Counted from the first letter of the stretch, positions 18,080 to 28,710 are shown. The stretch is 64,000 bases of DNA from a virus (IMGVR_UViG_3300043539_001475:37211-101210); one strand, 5' to 3'. The notes: generated from the sequence alone by a model not told the origin. Program-made: numbers and translations.

Positions 18080-20324
18080 ATGGAAAATAAAACCACAATT
18101 GGTATTGGAGTTGTATTGTTAGCAGGTGTTGGGTATTACTTATACACCAAAAACAAAAAAAATCAAACTCCTTTGGTTAATATGCCAAATAAACCTGCTT
18201 TACCTACTTTTGATAGGGATAAAGCTTCAAGAGAGTGGGCGGAATTGCAGTTTAAAAGAGAAGCTGAGTTTAGGGCTAAAAATAACGGCGTGGTTAAGCA
18301 AGGTGTCTCTTTGGTTACTGATGCAAAAACTGGAAAAATAACTGAGGTAGCTGTGATGAATAAAATTAAATCAGAGCTTAATCTTTACTATGACATGTTA
18401 AAAGTTTTAAATTCTATTACAGATGATTCTGATGCTGAATTTATGTTTAATCAATATAAAACAATCTTTAAATCAGGTGATGATAGGAATTATAAACCAG
18501 ACTTAAATACTCAAATTAGAACGGATTCTATTCTAAAAAAATATCCAAGCGCAAGAATCGATTAATTAAAATAAAAAACAAAAAATGGATAATAAAAAAA
18601 TTATTATAGGAGTTGGTGCAGTTGTTTTATTAGGTGTAGTTTACTACATGATGACAAAAAAGAAAGCGCCATATACAATACAATGGAAAGGAGACCCTAC
18701 TGGGGCTGTTTTTGTAGTTATAAATGGTAAGAAATATGGTTTTATTAGTGGAAAAGCATTTGATGCTTATGGGCGTTCGGAGCCTAAATCAGTTACAAAA
18801 GAAGAAGTAGACGCTATTCCTAGTGGGGGAAGGGTTGACGAACTTGGAAAAGTTGTTCCGAATTAAAAACTGTATATGGAAAAGGTTTGAAAAAAAGGCA
18901 TCAATAAAAATAAAAACATGAAGAAATTAAATTTATTAGGTATATTAGCGATAGGAGGAATTGGTTATTACTTGTTAAAAAACAAAAAATCAAAGCCAAT
19001 TTCTTCATCGTCAGCTCCATATACTAAAGAAATAACTTCGGAAAATAAATTAGTTGAATATCCTGTCAATACCTATGCTAAAATTAATACAGCCCCATCG
19101 CCAATTACAAATTGGAGTGGAAATAATAACATGCCAACTCCAATAAAAGTCGATGTTAGCTCCGTTAGTACAATTAAGCCGAGTACAACTACTGTAAAAA
19201 ATAATTCAAGCGTAAAAATAGAAAATGCGTTATCGCCTCTAGGAATTGCTAATCCAAAAGCATTGCCTAAACTTAGTTTAATTGACGCTGTTAGTAAAAC
19301 AGTATTTGATTTATATCCTAAAGACGGAATTTGGAAAGCAGAACCATGGCAATTAAATAATCCTTTATGGGATAGGTATGGAATTGAAAAAGCAATGAAT
19401 GAAAATCACAGTAATTATATTGGAATGGGAACTAAATTTTTAATTTTAAATCCTTCTAAAAGAAACAAATATACTGCTTATGTAGACCAATTTGGAAATA
19501 TAATTGATGCTGGAAGGACTGCAAATGGCACGGCTATGGCTTCTGCTCTTGCAATTTCACAATATAGAATAAAAAATAACATACCTTTTTAAAAAAATAA
19601 AATAAAATGGAAAATTTATCAAAAAATACAAAAATAATAATCGTATTAGGTCTTTTAGGATTATCTTATTATCTTTGGAATCAGCAGAAAAAAAATAAAA
19701 ACACTAATTTAAAAAAATAATAATTATGAGTCAGATACAAAATCAAAATATGTCAAAAAATGAAAAACAAAAATCTCTTACCAAAACTTTGGTTAGTGTG
19801 GGAGCGAGTGTATTGGTGCTGTTTGCAACCGTTTGGGTTATAGGCATTGCTTGGAAAAAAAGCCAAAACTAATAATTTTAGATTATGGATAAAAAAACAA
19901 TCGGGAGCATTTTAGTAGTCTTAGGGATAGGTGCTTTAACTTATCTATATGTCGGCTACCTTAGACCTAAACAACAAGGAATACAAGACGCATTACGAGA
20001 AAATAAAAAATAACAACAATGGAAGATGAATTATTGGGTAAAAGTGCAAATCAGCTATGGAAAGAAAGCGGAACTACTTTAAGTTTTAAAGATTGGATTC
20101 AAAGAGAAAAAGAAAAGGGAATGTTAATTCCTAATAAATTAATTAATGATTCCATTGCTTTAATTAAGAGTAGGGTTGGCATAAGAGATAGCGAAATTAG
20201 CAATGTTTCTTTAGAACAAGGAACTTCTAAAACAGTTTTAGGATTAAATAAATTGGCTATAATATCAAGTGTTTTAATTATTGGGGGGGCTTTGGCTTAC
20301 AACTTTTATAAAAAAAGAAAGTAA
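18080..20324 (+). other. Run of seven single-TM genes (18080, 18585, 18918, 19607, 19726, 19885, 20019)
   Basis: Each has one hydrophobic helix flanked by K; 19607-19720, 19726-19872 and 19885-20013 are under 60 aa and absent from the ORF track. Confidence 0.75.
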
Positions 20325-20326
20325 AT

Positions 20327-21112
20327 ATGAATTTTAGACTTCAGACAAGATACGATGAGATGTGTTTGGTTATCAATTTAGCCGTAAAAACACCAACAGT
20401 TGTAAGAATAAAAATTTATGACGAAATGAAGCCTAAAATAGTCTTTACAGATAGGTATAAAACTGTTTTTTCAGAAGAAACTTTTTATGTTAGATTGCCC
20501 CTTACATCTGATAACATAGTAATTTCTATTTATGATGATAAAATAGGTAATATGCCAAAGGAACAAGAGAATAATATAATGATTAAAGTAATTGATAAAA
20601 TTCCTTTGGAAAAAAGACTTGATGTAGTTGATGTAAAAAATAGAACCGTTGCTAATTTTATAAATTTCGCTCAGAGGTTTTGTTATAATTCAGCATATTT
20701 AGAATCTAATAAAGCGTACCAATCTGATGATGGAGAGTTTTTAATAGAACTTGAACCATATATAACTGGAAAAAACGGAAATACTTTAACAACGCCAGCA
20801 AGAATCTCTAAAGTAACTGGAAGGATTCAAGTGTCAAAAAAAGAATTTGATACCTATACAGTGCCTATGAAGTTTGCTATTTTGTGCCATGAGTTTTCGC
20901 ATTTTTATTTGAATGAAAATATGGACGATGAGAGCGAAGCAGATATAAATGGTTTGTTAATATATTTAGGATTAGGTTATCCTAGAATTGAGGGATACCA
21001 AGCTTTTTTAGAAGTTTTTAAGGACAGCCCTAACGAGCAGAATAAAAAGCGTTTCGACAGAATTGATGCTTTCATACAAAATTTTGAAAAAAATAAAATG
21101 ATTTTACAATAA
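20327..21112 (+). CDS. Zincin metalloprotease-like protein
   Basis: LCHEFSH (HExxH) with downstream E.EAD. Confidence 0.7.
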   Translation: MNFRLQTRYDEMCLVINLAVKTPTVVRIKIYDEMKPKIVFTDRYKTVFSEETFYVRLPLTSDNIVISIYDDKIGNMPKEQENNIMIKVIDKIPLEKRLDVVDVKNRTVANFINFAQRFCYNSAYLESNKAYQSDDGEFLIELEPYITGKNGNTLTTPARISKVTGRIQVSKKEFDTYTVPMKFAILCHEFSHFYLNENMDDESEADINGLLIYLGLGYPRIEGYQAFLEVFKDSPNEQNKKRFDRIDAFIQNFEKNKMILQ

Positions 21113-21117
21113 AAATT

Positions 21118-21390
21118 ATGAAAACAAAAAATATATTGATTGGTGCGGGGGTTTTAGTGGTTGGTTACTTGCTTTTGAAAAAAAGTAAAAATAATCAGCA
21201 ACCTTTTAATATTCAGACAATAGTAAAAGACCAATCTAAAGCAGTTGTAGGCAGACCTATGACAGAAGATGAGTTGAAAAAGTTTAAATGCGAAATGGAA
21301 TATTCTAAATTAGCAAAGCCAATGGTTATGATGCCTCCAGAATATTGGAGTAAACGGAAAGAAGAATGGATGAAAGCTAATTGTAAATAA
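21118..21390 (+). CDS. N-terminal TM protein with Cys pair
   Basis: ORF; TM; C..C pair similar to a segment in 23677. Confidence 0.7.
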   Translation: MKTKNILIGAGVLVVGYLLLKKSKNNQQPFNIQTIVKDQSKAVVGRPMTEDELKKFKCEMEYSKLAKPMVMMPPEYWSKRKEEWMKANCK

Positions 21391-21398
21391 ATAAAAAC

Positions 21399-21968
21399 AT
21401 GAAAATAGATAACAAAAAATTATTGATTGGTGCAGGTATATTAGCCGTTGGAACTGCAATATACCTATTCTTAAAAAATAAACGCAATAAAAGTCAGGTT
21501 GGAATATTAGATGACGAATCGATAGAAATTGACTATAATAACGCAAGTGGTAAACCCTCTTCTACTGCTAGTGGAATAGCAAGCGGAGTAGAAAAACCTT
21601 TGTCGGTTAACGATTATAATACTAGTATAGAAAAGGCATTAAATGATAAAAAATATCAAAATTACATAGGACAAAAAATATATACTCTAGTTGATAATGT
21701 GAATGTAAGAATGGGTGCAAATGTAAATAATGGTATATTTCATAACAAAGCTGGCACAATACCAAAGAAAAAAACATTTATAGGAAAGGTAGTTACTGCA
21801 AAATTAGGAAATGATAAAAAAATATGGTTTGCGGTAAATGAAGAAAACTCAAATATATTATATAATGTTAAAAAGCATTTTAATTGGAGCATTTATTTAG
21901 AAAGAGACCCTTCTCTACGTTGGTTTAGGTCGGATGTAGTAATTGTTAAATTAGATAAAAATAAATAA
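21399..21968 (+). CDS. N-terminal TM protein with SH3b-like domain
   Basis: NVNVR.GA and W-F motifs; DYNNASG. Confidence 0.55.
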   Translation: MKIDNKKLLIGAGILAVGTAIYLFLKNKRNKSQVGILDDESIEIDYNNASGKPSSTASGIASGVEKPLSVNDYNTSIEKALNDKKYQNYIGQKIYTLVDNVNVRMGANVNNGIFHNKAGTIPKKKTFIGKVVTAKLGNDKKIWFAVNEENSNILYNVKKHFNWSIYLERDPSLRWFRSDVVIVKLDKNK

Positions 21969-21970
21969 AA

Positions 21971-22339
21971 ATGGAAATAGATAAAAAAAAATTATTGATT
22001 GGTGCAGGGGTTTTAGTAATTGGGTACTTAGCTTATAAAAGTATGAAAAATAAGTCTACTATATCTAAAACAGTAGTTGCTCCTACTGTTGATACTATTG
22101 TTAAACCTACTGTTCGTACTGCTGTCGCTTTAACACCAGAGCAAGAAAAAATACAATTATTTGAAAGAGGTGTTTTAAGTTATGAAGGGGGCGTTGCTCC
22201 AAATAAAATGGTTTTAGACAATATTGCAAAAACAAGAAATGATGCGCTTGCTAAAATTAAGAATTTAATGCTAGATGCAGAATTTGCTACTTGGAAAAGC
22301 AAACGTACAATAGATAAAAAAGCTCCTCCAAGACAATAA
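21971..22339 (+). CDS. N-terminal TM protein
   Basis: KKLLIGAGVLVIGYLAYK. Confidence 0.7.
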   Translation: MEIDKKKLLIGAGVLVIGYLAYKSMKNKSTISKTVVAPTVDTIVKPTVRTAVALTPEQEKIQLFERGVLSYEGGVAPNKMVLDNIAKTRNDALAKIKNLMLDAEFATWKSKRTIDKKAPPRQ

Positions 22340-22351
22340 AAAATAAAAAAT

Positions 22352-22648
22352 ATGAACTCAAAAACATTAAAATACGGACTTATTGGTGGGGCGGTTTTAG
22401 TAGCTATATACATCTTTAATAAAAAAAGTTTTAAAGGCACATCACAAGACCCTAATATAGACGAGCCTAGCGCAGTTGCAGACAAGGACAAATATTTGTC
22501 ATTAGGTTCAACTGGTTTGGAAGTTATGTTGCTACAAAAAGCTCTTGGAAATCTTGCAGTAGATGGTATTTTTGGAGTTAAAACACAAGCTAGATTAAAA
22601 GAGGTAAAAGGGCTTAGTTTAATCACACTTAATCAATTAAATAAATAA
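22352..22648 (+). CDS. TM protein with PG_binding_1 peptidoglycan-binding domain
   Basis: LSLGSTGLEVMLLQKAL...VDGIFG.KT. Confidence 0.8.
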   Translation: MNSKTLKYGLIGGAVLVAIYIFNKKSFKGTSQDPNIDEPSAVADKDKYLSLGSTGLEVMLLQKALGNLAVDGIFGVKTQARLKEVKGLSLITLNQLNK

Positions 22649-22651
22649 AAA

Positions 22652-22870
22652 ATGAATCGCAAATCATTTTATATATTAGGAGGTTCGTTAGCCGTTATTA
22701 TTGCCGTTTTGTATTTCACAAAAAACAAGGCTATAATAGTTAAAAAAGAAGAGCGAGTTGTCACTGGGGGTCAATCAGCGACTATACCACCAATGGAAGC
22801 TCCGACTTTAAGAACTCCTCCTTTAGTTGGAGATGTTTGGCTTACTCTCAAAGGAATATTTAATAAATAA
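22652..22870 (+). CDS. Small N-terminal TM protein
   Basis: ORF; TM. Confidence 0.7.
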   Translation: MNRKSFYILGGSLAVIIAVLYFTKNKAIIVKKEERVVTGGQSATIPPMEAPTLRTPPLVGDVWLTLKGIFNK

Positions 22871-22887
22871 CAATTAAAACAATAAAA

Positions 22888-23151
22888 ATGGATGACAAAA
22901 AATTTAAAATAGCAGGATTGTTGATTTTAGCTGTTGGGGCTTATTTCTTATATTCAAGGGTAAAGCTTAATCAAAAAGTTGGAGATGTGGACGCTATTAT
23001 TTCTTCTGGAAATTCTTCTAACAAGCCAGTTTTACTTACGTTCCAAAAAGAATTTCTTTCTGCATGGGCTAGTGCTATAAAACAAAGTATCCCTACGTTT
23101 GTATTTGAGAATAAAACATACAACACTAAAGGCGGAAAAGCAATTAAATAA
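22888..23151 (+). CDS. Small N-terminal TM protein
   Basis: ORF; TM; F.F.NKTY tail as in 7706. Confidence 0.7.
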   Translation: MDDKKFKIAGLLILAVGAYFLYSRVKLNQKVGDVDAIISSGNSSNKPVLLTFQKEFLSAWASAIKQSIPTFVFENKTYNTKGGKAIK

Positions 23152-23162
23152 AAAATATAAAA

Positions 23163-23672
23163 ATGGAATCTAAATTTATATCAAAAGCAGGTGATTTTAT
23201 TGCTAATAATAAAAAGCCATTAATATATGTGGGAGGTGCTATTGCAATTGTTGTAATAGGGTATTCCATTATTAGAAAATTGCAAGGTGGTATTGGCTCA
23301 TTTCTAAAAGACAAAAGTGTCGGAGCAAAAGACTTTGTGCCAGTTCAGGTAGATGTTGCAAAATCTACAATTTCAGATGCCATTGCTAATAACTATGCAA
23401 ATCAATTGTTTAACGCTATGGATGGTTTTGGAACTAATTCAAGTGCAATTTACGAGATTATAAATAAGCTACAGCAAAAGGAAGATTTTAGAAAAGTGTA
23501 CAACTCTTTTGGAAGAAAAAGTTACTACATAGACGGAAGTCCTACTGCAAGCGCTTATATTTTTGGTTACAAAAACCTAGATTTAATCGAATGGTTGGAT
23601 AAAGAAGTTGGGTACTCGAATCCATTAACATACAACTTAGTTAAAAAAACAATTAAAAACGCAAATTTATAA
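23163..23672 (+). CDS. TM-anchored annexin-repeat-like protein
   Basis: ANQLFNAMDGFGTN..AIYEII...F.KVYNSF...LDLIEWLDKE. Confidence 0.65.
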   Translation: MESKFISKAGDFIANNKKPLIYVGGAIAIVVIGYSIIRKLQGGIGSFLKDKSVGAKDFVPVQVDVAKSTISDAIANNYANQLFNAMDGFGTNSSAIYEIINKLQQKEDFRKVYNSFGRKSYYIDGSPTASAYIFGYKNLDLIEWLDKEVGYSNPLTYNLVKKTIKNANL

Positions 23673-23676
23673 AAAA

Positions 23677-24570
23677 ATGAGAAAAACATTAGCAAAAAAA
23701 ATGCCTTCTAAAGCATCTTCACCAACTAGCGGTGTTTTATTTAAACCATCAAAAGTTTTAGGTGTAAAAGTTCCAAGACCAGAAAAAAATAAAATTCAGC
23801 CAAGAATTTTAGGCGGAAAAATTGCACGACCATCCTCAAAATTAGTTGCGGATATTTCTTTAGGGCTAACACCTAAAAAGTCAAATGCAAATTTACCTAG
23901 CACAAGTTTAGCATCTTTATCTGATTGCGAACAAAAAGCAAGGCAAAAAATGTCGAATATGAGATTCATATCAGCTAAAGCTATGAGTGATTACAAAACA
24001 GACTTTATAGCTAAATGTATGGGCGTAAAAACAGTACTGCCAGTACCGCAAAGTATTCCACAAAAAGAACAAGAAAATAAATATTCGCAGATGTTAAGTA
24101 TGATACCTAATGAGTTTGTAATTAAGTCAAGTGGCTATAATACATCTTACTATAAAGGCAAATCTAATATTCATACAAAATTAAGCGCTACAACGGTTGG
24201 GATTGGTACTGGTTCTCCAATACAAATTTCTAATGAAGAATTTATAGATGCTTACAGTCAATTTTTGAAACAACCAAAAGTAATGATGCCGATAATGCCA
24301 TCAGCGCCATCAGCGCTATCAGCGCCATCAGCGCCATCAGCGCCATCAGAAATAACATCAGATTCAGAGTTAGAGCAAGAGCAAGAGTTAGAAACTATTA
24401 CTCCTAGTAATTCTGCTGATACTGTTGCTCCTATTAATCCTACTAATAATGGCACATCCAACATTCAAGTTAATAGTGCGCCTAAAACAAAAAAAACTAA
24501 TTACTTATTGTATTTTGTTTTGGCTATTTCTAGCGTAATAGTTTTAAAAAAATTTTTAAAAAAAAAATAA
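23677..24570 (+). CDS. Low-complexity C-terminal TM protein with ADISLGL motif
   Basis: ORF; (SAP)n 9-bp repeat at about 24298-24348. Confidence 0.7.
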   Translation: MRKTLAKKMPSKASSPTSGVLFKPSKVLGVKVPRPEKNKIQPRILGGKIARPSSKLVADISLGLTPKKSNANLPSTSLASLSDCEQKARQKMSNMRFISAKAMSDYKTDFIAKCMGVKTVLPVPQSIPQKEQENKYSQMLSMIPNEFVIKSSGYNTSYYKGKSNIHTKLSATTVGIGTGSPIQISNEEFIDAYSQFLKQPKVMMPIMPSAPSALSAPSAPSAPSEITSDSELEQEQELETITPSNSADTVAPINPTNNGTSNIQVNSAPKTKKTNYLLYFVLAISSVIVLKKFLKKK

Positions 24571-24571
24571 T

Positions 24572-24703
24572 ATGAAAAGCTCAACAATTTTATTAGTCGT
24601 TGGTGGATTAGCAATAGGTTATTTATATTTAGAAAATAAAAAACCACAATCTACCGTATCAAAAAAAGTCAAGCAAATCAATCAAAAGCTAAAACAACTT
24701 TAA
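24572..24703 (+). CDS. Array member 1 (43 aa, truncated; not in ORF track)
   Basis: [24 protein letters not shown]. Confidence 0.7.
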   Translation: MKSSTILLVVGGLAIGYLYLENKKPQSTVSKKVKQINQKLKQL

Positions 24704-24713
24704 AAAAAATAAG

Positions 24714-25895
24714 ATGAAAAATTCAACAATTTTATTAGGCGTAGGTGGATTAGCAATAGCGTATTTTTATTTAAAAAATAAAAAACCACTATCTACTACA
24801 TCGACAACTCAAACAAATGAACCAACAGGTTCAACAGGTTCAACAGGTTCAACAGGTTCAACAGGTTCAACAGGTTCAACAGGTTCAACAGGTTCAACAA
24901 GTTCAACAGGGTCAACAGGGTCAACAGGGTCAACAGGGTCAACAGGGTCAACAGGGTCAACAGGGTCAACAGGGTCAACAGGGTCAACAGGGTCAACAGG
25001 GTCAACAGGGTCAACAGCATTAGTGGAAGAAATGGAAGAAATGGAACCAACGGTACAAACATCACCAACGGTACAAATACCTCCAACGGTACAAATACCT
25101 CCAACGGTACAAACATCACCAACGGTACAAATACCTCCAACGGTACAAATATCTCCAACGGTACAAACATTACCAACGGTACAAACATCACCAACGGTAC
25201 AAACATTACCAACGGTACAAATACCTCCAATAATTATACCTTCTGTGGCTGATATTTCTTTAGGATTACAACCTATAACTACAACTACAAAACCTACAGT
25301 AGACACGGTTGTATCGGCATTTGCAGAAACGCAAACTGAAAACTATAAAAAAGCAAGAGAATTGTCAAGAAATATTAGCGCTCTTTTAATTAAAGTTGAT
25401 TTATACAAAACTAAGAAAACTAAAAATAAAATCAGAAACGAAATATCAGATAAAACAAAGCAAGCAAATGCTTTGGGGTACAAAATATTGCCTTACGGTG
25501 AAATTGTAGCATTGAACGCTGTTGCAGATATTTCTTTAGGATTAAAACCAACAACCGCTAACACACCAAGTTTTTTGACAAGAATTTTAGGAGGAACACT
25601 TACACCAAGTGCTTTAACTCAAGCAAGTAGTATGTCAACTCCAGCAAGTAGTGTGAAAACTCTACCAAGTTTTTTAGGAGGAGGACGAAGTATTACACCA
25701 AGTGTTTTAACTCAAGCAAGTAGTATGTCAACTCCAGCAAGTAGTGTATCAACTCCAATAAATAGTATAAAAATTTTCGGAGGAAGAGTAATTCCAGTAA
25801 GCCCAACAAGTAGTGTAAAAACTCCGCCAATTTTTTTAGGGGGGCGAACAAGCGCAACAACAAATAGTTTTCTGTCAAAATTAAAAAGAAGATAA
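24714..25895 (+). CDS. Array member 2 (TM, GST and PTVQ repeats, NY..AK/NALGYK domain)
   Basis: ORF; shared motifs. Confidence 0.85.
   Translation: MKNSTILLGVGGLAIAYFYLKNKKPLSTTSTTQTNEPTGSTGSTGSTGSTGSTGSTGSTGSTSSTGSTGSTGSTGSTGSTGSTGSTGSTGSTGSTGSTGSTALVEEMEEMEPTVQTSPTVQIPPTVQIPPTVQTSPTVQIPPTVQISPTVQTLPTVQTSPTVQTLPTVQIPPIIIPSVADISLGLQPITTTTKPTVDTVVSAFAETQTENYKKARELSRNISALLIKVDLYKTKKTKNKIRNEISDKTKQANALGYKILPYGEIVALNAVADISLGLKPTTANTPSFLTRILGGTLTPSALTQASSMSTPASSVKTLPSFLGGGRSITPSVLTQASSMSTPASSVSTPINSIKIFGGRVIPVSPTSSVKTPPIFLGGRTSATTNSFLSKLKRR
24823..25230. repeat. Coding tandem repeats: 9-bp CAACAGG(T/G)T x about 22, then 18-bp PTVQ(T/I)x units
   Basis: Read directly; two homogeneous blocks (GGTT then GGGT). 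Confidence 0.95.
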
Positions 25896-25896
25896 T

Positions 25897-26823
25897 ATGA
25901 AAAGTTCAACAATATTAGGGGTTGGGATAATATCAGTAGTTGGTGTGGGTGCGTATTTTTATTTAAAAAATAAAAAACCACTATCGACAACATCGACAAC
26001 AGGGTCAACAGGGTCAACAGGGTCAACAGGGTCAACAGGGTCAACAGGGTCAACAGGGTCAACAGGGTCAACAGCATTAGTGGAAGAAATGGAAGAAATG
26101 GAACCAACGGTACAAACATCACCAACGGTACAAACATCGCCAACGGTACAAACATCGCCAACGGTACAAACATCGCCAACAATTACACCTTCTGTGGCTG
26201 ATATTTCTTTAGGATTACAACCTATAACTACAACTACAAAACCTACAGTAGACACGGTTGTATCGGCATTTGCAGAAACGCAAACTGAAAACTATAAAAA
26301 AGCAAGAGAATTGTCAAGAAATATTAGCGCTCTTTTAATTAAAGTTGATTTATACAAAACTAAGAAAACTAAAAATAAAATCAGAAACGAAATATCAGAT
26401 AAAACAAAGCAAGCAAATGCTTTGGGGTACAAAATATTGCCTTACGGTGAAATTGTAGCATTGAACGCTGTTGCAGATATTTCTTTAGGATTAAAACCAA
26501 CAACCGCTAACACACCAAGTTTTTTGACAAAAATTCTTGGACGAACACTTACACCAAGTGTTTTAACTCAAGCAAGTAGTATGTCAACTCCAGCAAGTAG
26601 TGTGAAAACTCTACCAAGTTTTTTAGGAGGAGGACGAAGTATTACACCAAGTGTTTTAACTCAAGCAAGTAGTGTATCAACTCCAATAAATAGTATAAAA
26701 ATTTTCGGAGGAAGAGTAATTCCAGTAAGCCCAACAAGTAGTGTAAAAACTCCGCCAATTTTTTTAGGAGGACGAACAAGCGCAACAACAAATACTTTTC
26801 TGTCAAAAGTAAAAAGAAGATAA
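25897..26823 (+). CDS. Array member 3 (near-duplicate of member 2 with fewer repeats)
   Basis: Long near-identical DNA with 25000-25895. Confidence 0.85.
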   Translation: MKSSTILGVGIISVVGVGAYFYLKNKKPLSTTSTTGSTGSTGSTGSTGSTGSTGSTGSTALVEEMEEMEPTVQTSPTVQTSPTVQTSPTVQTSPTITPSVADISLGLQPITTTTKPTVDTVVSAFAETQTENYKKARELSRNISALLIKVDLYKTKKTKNKIRNEISDKTKQANALGYKILPYGEIVALNAVADISLGLKPTTANTPSFLTKILGRTLTPSVLTQASSMSTPASSVKTLPSFLGGGRSITPSVLTQASSVSTPINSIKIFGGRVIPVSPTSSVKTPPIFLGGRTSATTNTFLSKVKRR

Positions 26824-26824
26824 T

Positions 26825-27157
26825 ATGAAAAGTTCAACAGTATTAGGAATTGGCTTATTAGCAGTACTCGGAGTAGGGGCTTATATTTATTTAAAAAATA
26901 AAAAAGCAACCAAATCAAGTGTAACTTTACCTAGCACAAAAAACACATCAAATACAACAGGCGTTAAAACTTCTTTGTCGGATGATTCTTTAGGATTAAA
27001 ACCAACTCCAACAAATATTGCAAAAACTTCTGTGTCGGATGCTTCTTTAGGATTAGAACCAACCCCAACAAGTAGTGTAAAAACTCGACCAATTTTTTTA
27101 GGGGGGCAAACAAATCCAGCAATAAGTATGATAATGTCAAAAGTAAAAAGAAGATAA
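26825..27157 (+). CDS. Array member 4 (lacks the NALGYK domain)
   Basis: MKSSTVLGIGLLAVLGVGAYIYLK; two D.SLGL motifs; SKVKRR end. Confidence 0.85.
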   Translation: MKSSTVLGIGLLAVLGVGAYIYLKNKKATKSSVTLPSTKNTSNTTGVKTSLSDDSLGLKPTPTNIAKTSVSDASLGLEPTPTSSVKTRPIFLGGQTNPAISMIMSKVKRR

Positions 27158-27158
27158 T

Positions 27159-27629
27159 ATGAAAAGCTCAACAATATTAGGTCTTGGGATAATATCAGTA
27201 ATTGGGGTGGGTACTTATATTTACTTAAAAAGTGGTAAAATACCATTTTTAGATAAATTTTTAGGAGAACTTTCTCCAACAAGCGGTAAAGTAAATAACA
27301 CGGGAAGTACAACAGCTACAACAGGCAGTACAACAACTCCAACAAGCAATAAACCAACAAATACAGCTTCTGTAGCTGATATTTCTTTAGGATTACAGCC
27401 TAAACCTACAGTAGATACAGTTGTTTCAGCATTTTCAGAAACACAAACTGAAAACTATAAAAAAGCAAGAGAATTGTCAAGAAATATTAGCGCTCTTTTA
27501 ATTAAAGTTGATTTATACAAAACTAAGAAAACTAAAAATAAAATCAGAAACGAAATATCAGATAAAACAAAGCAAGCAAATGCTTTGGGTTACAAAATAT
27601 TGCCTTACGGTGAAATCGAAAAAATGTAA
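27159..27629 (+). CDS. Array member 5
   Basis: N-part as member 8; C-domain identical to members 2 and 3. Confidence 0.85.
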   Translation: MKSSTILGLGIISVIGVGTYIYLKSGKIPFLDKFLGELSPTSGKVNNTGSTTATTGSTTTPTSNKPTNTASVADISLGLQPKPTVDTVVSAFSETQTENYKKARELSRNISALLIKVDLYKTKKTKNKIRNEISDKTKQANALGYKILPYGEIEKM

Positions 27630-27640
27630 ATTAAAATAAT

Positions 27641-28168
27641 ATGAAAAGTTCAACAGTATTAGGAATTGGCTTATTAGCAGTACTCGGAGTAGGGGCTTAT
27701 ATTTATTTAAAACGTAAAAAAGAAACCACATCAAGTGTAACTGCACCTAGCACAAAAAAAACATCACCAACGGTACAAACATCGCCAACGGTACAAACAT
27801 CGCCAACAATTACACCTTCTGTGGCGGATGCTTCTTTGGGTTTACAACCTAAAGCAACAATAGATACTGTTGTTTCAGCATTTTCAGAAACACAAACTGA
27901 AAACTATAAAAAAGCTAAAGTAATATCTAAAGAAATTGAAGTTTTGACTAATACTTTAAGAAATTTAGAAATTGATAAGAAAAAAGAAAGTTCTAAGCCT
28001 TTTACAACGGGAAATTATATGGCTGGCGTGAGGGCTAATGCTGGTAAAAATGTGGCTAGTATTATATTTGCAATTAGAAGTGTTCAAAAACAAATGTCAG
28101 AAAAAACAGCTCAAGCAAATGCTTTAGGTTACAAAATATTACCTTATGGCGAAATCGAAAAAATGTAA
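27641..28168 (+). CDS. Array member 6
   Basis: Conserved ends, unique centre. Confidence 0.85.
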   Translation: MKSSTVLGIGLLAVLGVGAYIYLKRKKETTSSVTAPSTKKTSPTVQTSPTVQTSPTITPSVADASLGLQPKATIDTVVSAFSETQTENYKKAKVISKEIEVLTNTLRNLEIDKKKESSKPFTTGNYMAGVRANAGKNVASIIFAIRSVQKQMSEKTAQANALGYKILPYGEIEKM

Positions 28169-28179
28169 ATTAAAATAAT

Positions 28180-28671
28180 ATGAAAAGTTCAACAGTATTA
28201 GGAATTGGATTATTAGCAGTACTCGGAGTAGGGGCTTATATTTATTTAAAAAATAAAAAAGCAACCACATCAAGTGTAACTGTACCTAGCACAAAAAAAA
28301 CATCAAATACAACAAGCGTTACACCTTCTGTGGCGGATGCTTCTTTGGGTTTACAACCTAAAGCAACAATAGATACTGTTGTTTCAGCATTTTCAGAAAC
28401 ACAAACTGAAAACTATAAAAAAGCTAAAGTAATATCCAAAGAGGTTGAAGTTTTGAATAATAGATTAAGAACTTTAAACAGTGATTATGCAAGAGAGAGA
28501 AGTAAACCTTTTATAATAGGAAATAGCATGACTGGTTTTAGACCTGATAACAAATCAGCTCAAATTAAATTACAAATTAATTCTGTTGAAAAACAAATGT
28601 CAGAAAAAACAGCTCAAGCAAATGCTTTAGGTTACAAAATATTACCTTATGGCGAAATCGAAAAAATGTAA
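28180..28671 (+). CDS. Array member 7
   Basis: Conserved ends, unique centre. Confidence 0.85.
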   Translation: MKSSTVLGIGLLAVLGVGAYIYLKNKKATTSSVTVPSTKKTSNTTSVTPSVADASLGLQPKATIDTVVSAFSETQTENYKKAKVISKEVEVLNNRLRTLNSDYARERSKPFIIGNSMTGFRPDNKSAQIKLQINSVEKQMSEKTAQANALGYKILPYGEIEKM

Positions 28672-28710
28672 ATTAAAATAATGTAAATTAAAATAATGTA
28701 AATTAAAATA
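28666..28710. repeat. 15-bp junction repeat (ATGTAAATTAAAATA)x3; also x2 at 29265-29294
   Basis: Read directly. Confidence 0.95.

Noticed and set aside
24796-25306. Alternative-frame and antisense ORFs over repeats (QQV/QQG, LLT, VDP)
   Set aside because: By-products of stop-free tandem repeats inside a real gene
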